Positions 38,538 to 51,332 of a stretch of DNA of 64,000 bases are shown piece by piece; positions within the stretch are counted from its first letter, which is position 1, and each line of letters starts with the position of its first letter. The position numbers and the translations under genes are program-made. This DNA is from Chiloscyllium plagiosum (Eukaryota): the NCBI RefSeq assembly GCF_004010195.1, contig NC_057753.1, positions 4,305,779-4,369,778 of the forward strand. Direction: 5' to 3'. Below the pieces are notes generated by a model. It did not search any database, was not told where the DNA came from, and was given only the letters and a program-made list of their open reading frames with translations.

Positions 38538-40189
38538 AGCACAGAACATAAAACATAGAACACAAAACAATAAAGTGCAGAACGGGACCTTCGGCCCTTG
38601 ACGTTGCGCCAACCCTGTGAACTAATCTATGTCAAACTCTCTACACTATCCCATCATCATCCATGTGCTTATCCAATGATTGTTTAAATCTCCCTATTGT
38701 GGTTAACTACGTTAGTAGGCGCGAAATTCCAAGCCCTTACCACTCTCTGCGTAAAGAACCTGCCTCTGACATCTGTCTTAAATCTACCAACACTTAATTG
38801 GTAGCTATGCCCCCTTGTTTAAGCTGACGTCATCACCCTAGGAAAACGACTTTCACTGTCTACTTTATCTAATTCTCGATCATCTTGTAAGTCTCTACTG
38901 AATCCCCTCTTAGCCTTCTGCTTTCCAATGAGAATAGACCCATGTCTCTCAGGCTTTCTTCATAAGACCTTCCCTCCAGATCAGACAACATCCTGGTAAA
39001 TCTCCTCTGCACCTTTTCCAATGCTTTCACATCCTTCCTGTAGTGGGGCGACCAGAACTGTGCACAATATTCCAACTGCGGCCAGACTAGTGATTTGTAT
39101 AGTTGCAGCATGACATTATGTCTCCAGAACTCGCTCTCTATTCCAATAAAACTTAACACACCATATCCCTTCTTAACAGCACGATCAATCTGGGTGGTAA
39201 CTTTCAGAGATCTATGTATATGGACTCCAAGATGCCTCTGCACATCTGCACTACCGAGAAGCTTTCCAGTTACCCAGTATTCTGCCTTCCTGTTATTCTT
39301 CGCAAAGTAAATCACCTCACGTTTATCTGCATTGAACTATTTTGCCACCTCTCAGCCCAATTCTTCAGTTTATCCAAGTCCCCCTGCAACCTGCAACATT
39401 CTTCCACACTGTCCACTGCTCCAACGATGTAAGTGCCATCTGCAAACTTAGTAACTCATCAACTTATGCCTGCGTCTAAGTCATTTATAAAAATGACAAA
39501 CAGCAGTTGTCACAAAACAGATCCTTTTGGCACACCACTAATAACTGGATTCTACCAGTACACCACGATTCCCTTACCTTATCACTGCCTCCCTACTTGA
39601 CAGAGACATGCCAGTAAAGGAAACACAATATCTGTTCCTTAAAACATTTCCACATTTCGATTTTCCACATTCAATGCATCCTACGTCTTGCCTAATTGCA
39701 TTATAATTGCCCTTGACCCATCGATCACTCTTGCCCTGTGGCATGTACCTATCCCTTTCCCTTGCCAAACTAAACGTAACTGAATTTAGTGTCAGGTGAG
39801 CACTCTCTACAAAGTGCTCACCTGACACTAAATCAAACACCTGGCCTGATCCATTACTAAGCACCAGATCCAGTGTGGCCTCCCCTCTTGTCAGCCCTTC
39901 GACATATTGTGTCAAGAAACCCTCCTCCACACATCTGATAAAAAATGATCCATCTGTCGATTTAGAGTTATGGCATTTCCAGTCAATGTTGGGGAAGTTA
40001 AAGTCCCCCATAATGATCACCCTGTTCCTTTTGCTCCTACGCAGAATCTTTTTGCCAATCCTCTCGACCACATCCCTGGAACTCTGCGGAAGCCTATAAA
40101 AACTCCTAGCAGTGTGACCTCTCCTCTCCTGTTTCCAAACTCAGCCCATGCTACCTCAGTAGAGAGTCTTCGTCAAAAGTTCTTTCAGC
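38538..40189 (-). mobile_element. CR1 LINE with internal deletion, inserted after the gene 2/3 duplication
   Basis: RT C-terminus (38869..39315) abuts EN (IIMGDFNFPNIDW, 39574..40071); empty site at ~52655 in the gene 3 unit. Confidence 0.85.
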
Positions 40190-40910
40190 CAAAATACTTG
40201 CAAAATTCTCTTGAAGACTCACCACCAAGACTTGGCTGCCATTCTTTTACTGGCACTGCCTCACAATCCTGAAGTATTGCTCCATTAAGAGTTGCAGTAG
40301 TTCAAGGCATTTTGGCATCTGTGCAGTTATGGGCGTCACTTCAGAGAAAGGCTGCGACTGCCTTGGAAAGTGCACAGAAGGACATTACTGGAATGTGTCC
40401 AAGAAGGAGAAAATTCAGCTTTGAGGCTAGATTGAAGAAGGTGAGACTTACTCCACTGGAGGAAAGAAGACAGAGGAGACTTGATACAGGTTTTTAAAAT
40501 CATGAGTGGTTGGACAGCGTAGATAGTAAGAAGCTGTTCTCATTCATGAAGGAAGACAAAAGAACGAGAGGGCATGATCTTCAAGTGAGGCACATTTGAA
40601 ACAAGATGATCTGAAATCTTTTCACATCGGTAGTTGATAGGATATGGAATGTACTGGGTGATGGTTGAGTCACGTTCAATTGAGGTATTGAAGAGGGCTT
40701 TGGATAATGGTTTCGATAGCAATACTGTGCAGGGATATGGGCAGTAGATTAACGCTGGAAAGTAGATGGTAGAGTCAAGGTAGATTGAATGAATTTATTA
40801 TGCACAATTATAATTTTGTGATTTAGAGAGAGGGTTAAGCTCATTTTAGGAATAATGTTGTTTTTAGTGTTTCGTGTCGGAAATAATGTGAATGACTGGT
40901 CTGGTGAGTG

Positions 40911-41025
40911 AGGACTGCAGATGCAGGAGATCAGAGCTGAAAAATCTGCTGCTGGAAAAGCGCAGCAGGTGAGGCAGCATCCAACGAGCAGGAGAATCGA
41001 CGTTTCGGGTATAAGCCCTTCTTCA
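40911..41025. mobile_element. Short Penelope-like terminal-repeat insertion with 13-bp TSD and hammerhead core
   Basis: TSD ggtctggtgagtg at 40898-40910 and 41026-41038; minus strand CTGAAGA-AGGGCTTATACCC-GAAAC-GTC. Confidence 0.75.
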
Positions 41026-41574
41026 GGTCTGGTGAGTGTTCAGCTCAATGTTGGGAGTCCATATTGTGGTTCCAGTAAGTTGTCAGTTTCTTTTGAGAGG
41101 TTTAATTCTGTATTGTTGATTAGTGCTTGGAGATTTATCCTGGAACTTAATTCAGCGTTGGGTGCGAACATCGCTTTCTGTGTCAGAGGCAGACTGAGCA
41201 GTTGGCTTGCAGTTCAATTTTGAGGATCAGTATTCTCAGATTTGGAGTCAGTTTGGATGCCAATCTTGGGCCTTAATGGTGGGGCATTGTTCAGGATATG
41301 AGTGGAGTTGTGTTCAGTGGGAAAGTTGGCACTGCAGTCATGGGGTCATTGATTAGTGATCCACAAGGCCTGTATTGGTGTCAATCAGTGCTGCAGCCTG
41401 TGTGTTTGATTGAACTCACTGTCATCATCAATACTGTGCATCAGTTTCGATACCTGTCTGATGCCAGCTTAAACTTTGCACTTCTCGTCTTTGATAGATA
41501 TTGCAAACAATCCAACACCACAGATTCAATGGACAGTCCACTCAGGGTGCCATTGAAACATTTGCTGCATGAGG

Positions 41575-41905
41575 ATGGCGCGGTGGATCATTGTTTAGCA
41601 CTGCTACCTCACAGCGCCAGCGACCCAGGATCAAGTCTAGCTTTGGGTGACTGTCCATGCGGTGATTGCACAAACTCCCTCTGTCACCACAGCGTTCCTC
41701 TGGGTGATCCAGTTTGCTCCCACAGTCGAAAGATGTGCCGGTTAGCTTATTGGCCATGTGAAATTACATATAGAGATCAGTGATGGGTTCGTTAGGTGCA
41801 TTAGTCAGGGATAAATACATTTGAGGGGGAATGGCTTTGGAATGGTTTGCTCTCAGATTGTTGGTTTGGGCTAAAGGGCCTGTTTCCACGCTATCGGGAT
41901 TCTAA
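41575..41905 (+). mobile_element. HE1/V-type SINE at a duplication junction (probable chimera)
   Basis: Left flank matches that of the SINE at 54573; right flank matches that of the SINE at 8247-8598. Confidence 0.8.
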
Positions 41906-44584
41906 TTTCTAATCATGTGAGGAAGAAGTGACTGACCAGAGTGAGGGCCCAGTTGATCAGTGACAGTGAAGGGCACATTGTCATGGAGATAGGGGAGGTC
42001 CTTAGTGAATATTTTCCTTCAGAATTCACTACTAACAGGGACCTACCCGTTTCTGAGGACAGCGTGAAACAGGCTGATGTACTCGAACATGTCAATGTTA
42101 CAAAGGAAGATGTGGTGAAAATTTTGAAAAAAAAAATAAGGATAGGTAAGTCTCCTCGGCCAGAGAGGAGATACCCAATGTTACTAAAGAAAAGTGAGAG
42201 AAAGGATACTGTATCTTTGGCGATGATCTTTGTGTCCTCACTGTCCAGTGGCGGAGTGTGAGATGATTTGGACGATGGCAAACGTTAATCTCTGGTGCAA
42301 AAAGTGGAAGAGGAATAATCCTGGGAATTACTGACCAGTCAATCTGTGGTGGGCAAATTATTGGAGAGGATTTTGAGGGACAGGATTTCTGATTATTTCC
42401 AAAGCCATCGTTTGATTAGAGATGGTCAGCATGGCTTTGTGAAGGGCAGTTCATGTACCACAAGCCTTACTGAATTCTTTCGTTGACCAAGTGGTTGTAT
42501 TGTACGAAGATTTTTGCAAGACGTTTCATGATGTTCCACACGGTGGTTCATTCAGAAAGTAAGGAGGCATGGGATACAGGAAACGTTGTCTGCCTGGATA
42601 CAGACTTGACTGATCCATAGAAGAGAGAAGGTGGTAGTAAATAGGGAGGATTCAGCCTGGAGCTCTGTAACCGAAGATCTACATGAATATGTTCTGGGAA
42701 CTTTGAATTTTGTGATTTTTGGAAGTGAATTGGTAAAAACATGCAAGGGTACGTTAGTAAGTTTTCGATGACACCAAGGTTGTTGAAGTGGTGGATAGTG
42801 TGGAGGGCTGTTGTAGGTTGCAAAGGGACATTGACCGGTAGCAGAACCTGGCTGAGAAATGGCAGGTGGTTTCCAAACAGTAAAAGTGTGAAGTGATTTA
42901 TTTTGGAAGTTCGAATTTGAATGCAGAACACAGGGTTAAAAGCAGGATTCTTGGCGCTCTAGAGGAACAGAGGGATCTTGGGATCCATGTCCACAAATTC
43001 TTCAAAGTTCCTACCGAGGTGGATAGGGTTGTGAAGAAGGCGCATGGAGGATATGCTGCAGCTCTATAGAATCCTGGTTCAAGCACGCTTGGAATATTGT
43101 GTTCATTTCCGTTCACCTCTTTACAGGAAGAATGTGGAAGTTTAAGGGAGGGCGCTGAGAAGCTTTACCAGCATGTCTCCTGGTCTGGAGGACATGTCTT
43201 ATGAAGAATGGTTGAGTGAGCTGAAGCTGACGGGTGAGAGGCGACTTGATAGAGGTGTGCAAGATGATGAGAGGCTTAGTTAGAGTGAATAGTCAGAGCC
43301 TTTTTTTCCGATGGCAGAAATGGCTATCACAAGCGGGATTAATTTTAAGGTGACTTGGTGAAGGTTTAGGGGAGATACCAAATGGCTGTTCTTTACATAG
43401 AGAGTTGTAGGTGCGTGGGATACACTGCCAGTGGCAGTGATAGAGCAGATATATTAGGGACATATCAGCGGCTCTTGGATAGGCACATGAATGATAGTAA
43501 AATAAAGGGTATGTATATTATTTGATCTAAGAGTAGGATAAAAGGAAAGCACAACATCAAGGGCCGAAGAGTTGTACTGTGCTGAACTGTTCTACGTTCT
43601 ATGTTCCATGTTCTTAAGGACAGATGGTATTCAGATGAATAAATTTCATTGACAAGTTTTGCTGCATATTAGCAATCTTATGAAAAGCAAGTGATTACAT
43701 TGAAGTATGCTCTGTACCACTTAAAAAGAAAGCATTGAATGTTGGATTCTTTACAAACTGGAGTAGGTCAGTTTCAGAAGTGATTATGGAAGCGAGGAGA
43801 AAGCGAGGACTGCAGATACTGGCGAGTCAGAGTTGAAATGTGTCGCGCTGGAAAAACACAGCAGGTCAGACAGCATCCGACGATCAGGACAGTTTCAGGC
43901 AAAAGCCATTCGTCAGGAATCCATCCAGGTTTATTTGCCGCTTTTCTATTTAATAATTAATAAAGCTCGTTCACGTGAATGTTCGTAGCTCATGGTCATG
44001 CATATCGCTGCTGAACCATCTTGCATTCAATATGCTGGACAGCAAATTCTAAAGGATAGCGTATACCTAATTAGCTTGATCAAAATTTAGCAACGCATAA
44101 CATATTTTAACTGAAAGCTACCACTGTAGAGCAGTTGTGGAACTCCAGTACTAAAAGTGAGGGCATTAAATCCAAACCATCAGATGTAGATATAAACAAC
44201 TGGAGATTGTAAGTGGTTCTTTGGTATGCCAGTCGACGCTAGTTACAACTTGAAGATGGAAAGGTCACTCCAGAGAAGAAAGTCAATTGTCAGTGACTGT
44301 ACCATTGAACCTGATAACAATTCCAGGGAGCAATCTTATTGCTAATTTAAATTCAGCAAACACTGACTCCTTTATCCGTAGATGGAGCACAATATTCAGC
44401 GCATTGATAATGTACAGATTCGCCGGCCTACTGTCAGGCTGTCAGACTATACAATTCCAATTTAGCTCATCAATGACTCGTCAGAATTTACTGACGTGGA
44501 CGAGGAAGGAAAGACAGTGAAAGAAAGAGGGAAGTGTACAGATAGTGGAAAAATATGAGAGGTAGAGAACAAAAACATGAAAAA
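41905..44584 (+). repeat. Segmental duplicate of ~8595-11368 (CR1 RT + tail + Penelope fragment + non-repeat block)
   Basis: Shared junctions: ttctaatttctaat(t/c)atgtgaggaa; CR1 tail followed by ggacagatggtattcag; ends at agagaacaaa(t/a)acatga. Confidence 0.92.
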
Positions 44585-44589
44585 CGTCA

Positions 44590-46170
44590 TATCTGTACAA
44601 AAGGTGCAGATAAGAAAGTTGAAGTGGAATTAGCAGAGAACTGTTTGATCAGGAGCAAATGGCTGACAAAGTAGAAACATTTAACTTAGATAAATTAACT
44701 GAGTTACTGCAGAAAGAAGAACAATTTACACAATTGTATCAACAGGTATACACAGAAAAGTAATCCAAATGGATCCTTGAAAGCTACTATCTTACAAATG
44801 ATGTCTTCACGAGGAAATGGAGACCATCATATTTTGAGGAAATTGTGAAATGAACAGAAGTTCATGAAGTCATATTGCCAGTGGGTTACGGAAAGGAACT
44901 GTTGCAGGCAGCACATGAATTACCAGTGTGAGTCATTGAGGGGTAATAAACTCAAACTCAAATACAAAAGCATTTTTACTGTCTTGTACTGTATACGGAT
45001 ACAGCTGAACTTTGACAGATATGTCAAACATATTAGGTAATTGGAAAACTACAGACAATAATGAAACCCGCACCATTAATACCCATCCCTGTATTTGAGG
45101 AACCTTTTCCAAGAGTCCAAATTAATTGCGTAGGATCCCTACTTAAAACAATAAGTGTGAATCAGTATTCGTTCAAAATAATGAGTATGTCCACTAGATA
45201 TCTAGAGGACATTTCATTACATAATATCGCAGCTTAAAAGGATTGTGTAGGAGTTACTCAAATTTTTCACTTGGGTTACAATCAGATCAAGGGTCAAATT
45301 TCACATCAACGTTGTTCAAGGAAGTGATGGACAGCTGAGGAACAAAATCTAATGTGTACCACCCTGAATCGCAGGGAGCGCTAGAACGATGGCAGCAATC
45401 GTTAAAGACCACGTTGAGGGCTGATGGTCAAGACTATCCAGATGATAGGGGTGAAGGATTTCCGTTTTTAACGTTGTACCAGCAGAGATGCACCAAACGA
45501 ATCGATTAAATTCAGTCCATTTGGAACAATGTTTGGACATGAAGTGAGAGGACCGCTAAAATTGATTAAGGTGAAAATGGTAAGTCAGAATTCAGAGGCC
45601 ATATATTTAGACTGTGTGTTAACATTTAGGGAACGGATACATAGAGTGTGGAAGTTAGCTAGACAGAATTTAAAACACAGTGCAGCATACCAAGAAACAG
45701 GAAGCAGACAAGAAGTAAAAAAAATCCCGATTTTGCTAACGCGGATAAGTTTTAGTGTTACTTCCAGTGACAGGTGAACTTTTAAAAGCATGGTTTAGAG
45801 GAACATATCAAGTCGAAAGGAGGTTGAGTGAGGCAAACTATTTGATAAGGACTCCAGACAGATAAAAAGTATCACAGAATGTATCATGTGAAAATGCTCA
45901 AATAAATTTTGATAGAAAACGGAACAGAAAAGCAACTGTATTATTGGTTCCAACACAGAGGGAAGAAGCATGTCAAGGGGATTCTGAATAAGACATACCT
46001 CAAATTTAATTGGGCAATCAGGAAGTCGTCATAAATTGAGATGAATTATTGAGTTACCTTCCCGAAGAAAATCGAAATGGCCTGATAGAGTTATTGCTAT
46101 CACATGGTGAGATTTGTAGAAATAAACTGGAAAGCACTAACGTAAATATGTCTGATGCAAATATAGGAAA
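44590..46170 (+). mobile_element. Gypsy (Gmr1-type) integrase fragment plus pre-RT linker, no LTRs
   Basis: Degenerate RKWRP..AHELP..KHFY (HHCC region), PAPLIPIPVFEEPF, QSDQGSNFTS, YHPESQGALERW, GPY-like motif, then LSYLPEE..ICRNKL. Confidence 0.85.
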
Positions 46171-46403
46171 CTAAACTGTCTGGCCTTGTGTGCTTGCATC
46201 AGAATTGAGTCAGTGCACTCATCAAAGGCGAAAATTGAATGAGAACAATTTACAAGGGTGAATTGTGGATAGTTAAATCTATTGCCAAAATCAAAGAGTT
46301 GGTTTCAAGTTTTGCATATGCGACTGAGGGTCGAACATGAGATGGATTAAAGGATTAACATGTGGAATGCAACAAAGAGTAACAACTTGATTTTACCTTG
46401 AAA

Positions 46404-47311
46404 TCATTCACGTGGTTTGGCAATTAAACTGTATGGATAGATAAGTGTATTCTTCAGTACCATTCTGAATTCACCCTGAGTTCCTGCATAAATGAATGGG
46501 TTTATACAGGAACCCAAAAGCTGAAGCATGTATCCAATTTCCTCCAGACTAAATGTTGCCTCACTGTTGTCAGAACCTGTGTAATAAGGAACATTTACAA
46601 TTCATACATAAACTATGGTCATGAAATATATTGTGTATAACAGGACGAAGCTGCCAGAGATGGCAAAGAGTAAAATAATAGATTTTCTCCGCTTCTCCAT
46701 CTCTGGGTCACTCTGCTTCTTTTCAATATTTGGGTTCCGGAGTCTCCTGCGTGCTCTGTTGGCAGCCAGGATGTGCCTGATTGTCATAGAATTGAGCAGT
46801 AAGATCGAAATGAATGGAACACATGGAGTCAAAATTACATGGAACCAGTCATATATGGTCCATGCAAGGGACGTATAGTATGTTAATTTAAATGCACACA
46901 ACCAGGCAACATTGTTAATGACGTACAAAGGTTCAAACATTAAGTACAAAACTGAATTTCTCAGACAGCTCAATGTACAGATTGTTCCTATTACCCATGC
47001 TGCTGTTTCCTTTGTACAGTACCGTGCTTTCAGCTTAGAGTAACAGATGGCCACAAATCGATCGAAGGTAAAAGCGACCGTTAACCAGACAGAACTGTCA
47101 ACAGCCGCATAGGTGACAAGCATACGAAAGCTGCATATTGGTGTGATGGACAAATAACTGAATGGGAAATAAATTCCAGTGATCCGGTTCAATATTACCG
47201 CGGTGATAATCAGCAAGAGGTCTGCAACAGCCATAGACACCAGGTAGTAAATGACACATCTGGACAGACCGCATCTGCTTCGGCACATAATCACAATGAC
47301 TGCAAAATTAG
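46404..47311 (-). pseudogene. GPR139-like: GPR139-like gene 3, exon 2 with premature stop (R260*) after TM6; probable young pseudogene
   Basis: Acceptor ttcttccag|CT at 47311. TGA at 46604-46602 where gene 2 has CGA. The frame stays open past it through TM7 (CINPFIY) to a TGA at 46406-46404, giving the same 908-nt exon length as gene 2. Confidence 0.85.
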
Positions 47312-47625
47312 CTGGAAGAAATACAGAGAGAAAATTGCATGGAGAAAGAAAGTTCAATGTTTGTGCATGAGAATGTGGAAATGATTGTAGAACTAAAATG
47401 CTGAAAGGAACTCTGAAAATAATAGGATTTGTCTGAAGTTTACTGCTAAAATGTCCCTTTGACAATTCACTCTTGTTTCCCTGTTTATACTAACAATTGA
47501 GGTGAAACCATGCTACTTCAATGTAATTACACTGAACAAATGTCAATATTACATCACAAAGAGATCAAAATAATTGTTGGAACATCAAATGAAAGCCCCT
47601 TCTCACTACGGTTAGAATCTATTCC

Positions 47626-47942
47626 GCTGATGGGTGAGTGCCGAACCAGAGGACACAGCTTAAAAATACGCGGTAGACCATTTAGGACAGAGATGAGGAG
47701 AAACTTCTTCACCCAGAGAGTGGTGGCTGTGTGGAATGCTCTGCCCCAGAGGGCAATGGAGGCCCACTCTCTGGATTGATTTAAGAAAGAGTTGGATAGA
47801 GCTCTCAAGGATAGTGGAATCAAGGGTTATGGGGAGAAGGCAGGAACAGGATATTGATTAAGGATGATCAGCCATGATTATATTAAATGGTGGTGCAGGC
47901 TCGAAGGGCAGAATGGCCTACTCCTGTACTTATTGTCTATTG
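47626..47942 (+). mobile_element. Young CR1 3'-end fragment in gene 3 intron
   Basis: RTRGHSLKIRGRPFRTEMRRNFFTQRVV; (attgtct)n tail; tctattcc repeated at both sides. Confidence 0.85.
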
Positions 47943-50900
47943 TCTATTCCAATCTCTTCTGTCAGGCAGAAGAAAGAAACGCTTAAACGCAAGTTACAAC
48001 AGTTTCAAGAGCAGCCTCTCCCCCACTGTCATTAGATTTCCAAACGGATCTCACAAATTTTACATGTGAGTGTGATCACCTTCTCTGCAGCCGCAACGTT
48101 CTATTTAGAAATAATTTATTATCCTAATGGACTTTATATTATGATGTTCTTGTACTGCATGCAAAACAAAGCTTTTCACTGCACCTCGGTGCATGTGACG
48201 ATAATAAATAAAGAAAATAATGGGTTCAAAAACGATGGCAGGAATTATTGCAGGTGAAAGCGAATAATACAGTACGTAAGTATGGAAATCAAACAAGCAT
48301 GCCTAATATATTGCTGAGTTAAGAACATGCCCTCGCCATTTAACATTTAAGATAAGTATTACTTTTTTAGAAAAATAATGTTCCATCACTTTGAATCAGT
48401 GAATCCTTACATTGTGGAAACTGGCCATTCCACCCATCGAGTTTAAACCAATCATCTGAGAAGCATCTTATTCCGACCTCCCGTTTGCTCATGGCCCTTT
48501 AACTAACATTTCCCGTTACTAATCTATCAAGCCTTTGAATCTTTGGACAGTGGCATGAAACTGGGGCATGCGGAGGAAACCCATGGAGCCAAGGAGAGGG
48601 TGTGCAATTTCCACAGAGAAAATCGCCTGAGGATTGATTCGAACCCTCGTCCCCACTGCTGTGGGTTATCAATAGTAACTATTGAGGCTTTGGTTAAAAA
48701 ATTCTCGTCTTCGTGAAAAATTGGATAAACGTCTTTCCTGACAGAATCTTTTAATCACTATCTCTCCTGCTGATCATTAGAATGTTTGTTCTTGCTCTGT
48801 CTAAATTTAAAAGAAAACATGCTAACTCGTATGGAGAAAGGATCTCCGATGAAGTGAAGGACTGATGCTGGATCCACTGCTTTCCTTCATTCATATAAAT
48901 AATTTGTATGTTAGTACAAGAGATATTGTTAGTATGTTTGAAGGCAACACCGATATAAGTGGCATTCTGGAAAGTGAAGAAGATCATGTCAGAGCACAAC
49001 GGCACATTAATCTGACGACCAATGGACCAACGAGTGGCAGATGGTGTTCAATTTTAGTATATGTATGATATTGCATTTAGTTAAGACTAAGTGGGTCAGG
49101 ACTTATACATTTAATATTAGTTTCCTGGGAAATGTTGCTGAACAAAGTGAGCTGGAAGTGCAGGTGAGTTGTTCCTTGAAAGTGGAGTCGCAGTGTGGTG
49201 AAGAATGTATTTTGCACGCTTGCCTTCATTAGTCAGAATATTGAATATAGGGACTGGGATATCATGTTGTGGACATACAGGACATTGGTGACGGTTCTTT
49301 TAGAACTGTGTATACAATTCTGGTCGGCCTTCAGTGCGAAGGATGTTGTTAAAAATCAGAGGGTTCAGGGATGCTTTGCAAGATGTTGCCGGAACTGGAG
49401 GGTTTGTGTTAAGGGAAAAGTCTAAATAGGTTGTGAGCATTGGAGGCTGAGGGGTGACGTTACAGATGCTAATAACAGCTTGAGGAGAATAGCCAACTTC
49501 CTAAGTTGGAGGCTTGCAAAATGAGAGTGCATAGGTTAAAGGTGTGAGGGGAAAGACATTCAAAAGGACCTGAGGGGTAACATTTTCATACAAAGAGTCG
49601 TCCGTGTATGGGATGAGCTGCCAGAAGATGTGGTGGAGACAGTTAAAAGGCATCTGGACGGTTATACAAGTCAAAAGCGTTTAGCGAGAGATAGCCGTTT
49701 GCTAGCAGATCGCATTAACTCAGAATGGGATAACTGGTCAGCGTGGACGAGTTGGACTGAAGGGTATGTTTACATGCTTCGGGACTCTATGAATCCTCAT
49801 TATTGCTTAGAACTGTGAACAGTGACAATGGAACTCAATAAATGTTATAACCTTACTCAAGAACCTTTGCCTCAGATGCCATCTCAACATAAATTATGCT
49901 GGACACAGATTGTCGAGGAAGTAATCATGGATATCAAGGAATTGAATGCAGAATCTGTGACAGCAAAACTCTCAGTGGAATAGGCAAAAGAAATTCATGT
50001 GGAGGACGACATTCTGTCAACTAGTTAATGGCGCATCTATGATCACGACATAATCAGAAAAGGTAGCATTAAGGAGCTGCGTGACATCAAGAAAAAGGCA
50101 TATACACATGGGTGTAAGGGAAAGAGAGTGGAAGTGTAAAGAAATATGCTTGGTTGGGTCCCAGCAGGACTATCCTTTATAAAGTATCTTTGTGTGTATC
50201 ATTACTTTGAGACACCATCCTGCATTGGATACGTCTGCTTTCACTATAAACTGTTTTTGTGTTCTTAAGAACCTAATAGTTGAAAGTAAGATTCAGCAAT
50301 CTATTGAGATACAATAATGATTATCAGCACATTGGAAACAGTTCAAAATCAACATTGGCTTGCAAAAATGAGGGATTGAGTGCATCAATGCAATTCTCCA
50401 TGACAATGCATTTAACTAACAAAATGGTCATCAGAAATGGTTTTCGACTTTTCTATCAAACACTCAAACGTTAAATAGCATCTAACAACTAAATGAATTC
50501 AGGGGATTATTTCAGAAATTATCGCGACTTTCACATTACTAGACCAATGAACAGTTTGTGAAAACTAATCTCACTACAAATGCCAATCACACAATCGCAT
50601 CAGTGTGATTGCAATGTGAAGTTTGCGAATTGTAAAAGCCGATAGTTAATTGGAATAGCATTTACACTACACCACTCGTTCAAATTCGGCGCAGAAATTG
50701 CATTAAAAAGAAAAAAACTTGTCTTGTAGTGTGAGGATTCACCAAACTTGATGACGCCAGTAACATTTCACTTACCTCTTTACAACTTGGCAGTATGTGA
50801 TATGTCATGAAGAAACCTCAACATAATAGAATTTCTCTCTGATTACATTGTTTTCAATGACCTAGACTTCCATCAAGAACAAGAAAATAATGCAATTATA

Positions 50901-51262
50901 TTAACATTGAGCAGCCATGGAGTAAATGACCCAAAGTATGAATTAATGGAATCCACAGTGCATACAATCGAAGTCATTGAAATGTATTGTGGCTACTGTG
51001 AAAGCGAAGTAGTTATGCCATTACAGCTGGAAACTGTTTTCGTGAAATTTAATGCAAATGTTCACTTGAAAAAAAGTATTATTCAAGCAGAGTCATTGTA
51101 TAATTTCAGCACAAATTTAATCCTGTAAAGAAGTGAAATTACTACAAAATGTTTCTAGTGAAATGGCAGATGGCATATTGTTCACATATGGGAACACAAT
51201 TGTTAATTTGAAACATCCATGCAGCTCATTATGTTTGCCTTTATCATAACTGAATACAGTAC

Positions 51263-51332
51263 CTGGAACACCGATAGCTGCAATGATGGGATAGTAAATG
51301 GAAAACACCAGACCTTTTGGTATTCCATGCAT
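51263..51332 (-). pseudogene. GPR139-like: GPR139-like gene 3, exon 1 (MHGIPKGLVFSIYYPIIAAIGVP+G), intact
   Basis: ATG at 51332, donor CCAG|gtact at 51263/51262; nearly identical to gene 2 exon 1. Confidence 0.85.

Larger units (their letters stand above)
31720..41575. repeat. Segmental duplication, gene 2 unit (paralogous to 46170-54575)
   Basis: Continuous collinear similarity through 3'UTR, both exons, intron and the upstream flank, apart from copy-specific insertions and deletions. Confidence 0.92.

Noticed and set aside
46602..46607. Gene 3 TGA as selenocysteine or programmed readthrough
   Set aside because: Paralogs have Arg (CGA/CGC), not Cys; context is TGA-A rather than TGA-CTAG; no SECIS recognised; CpG decay is the simpler explanation.
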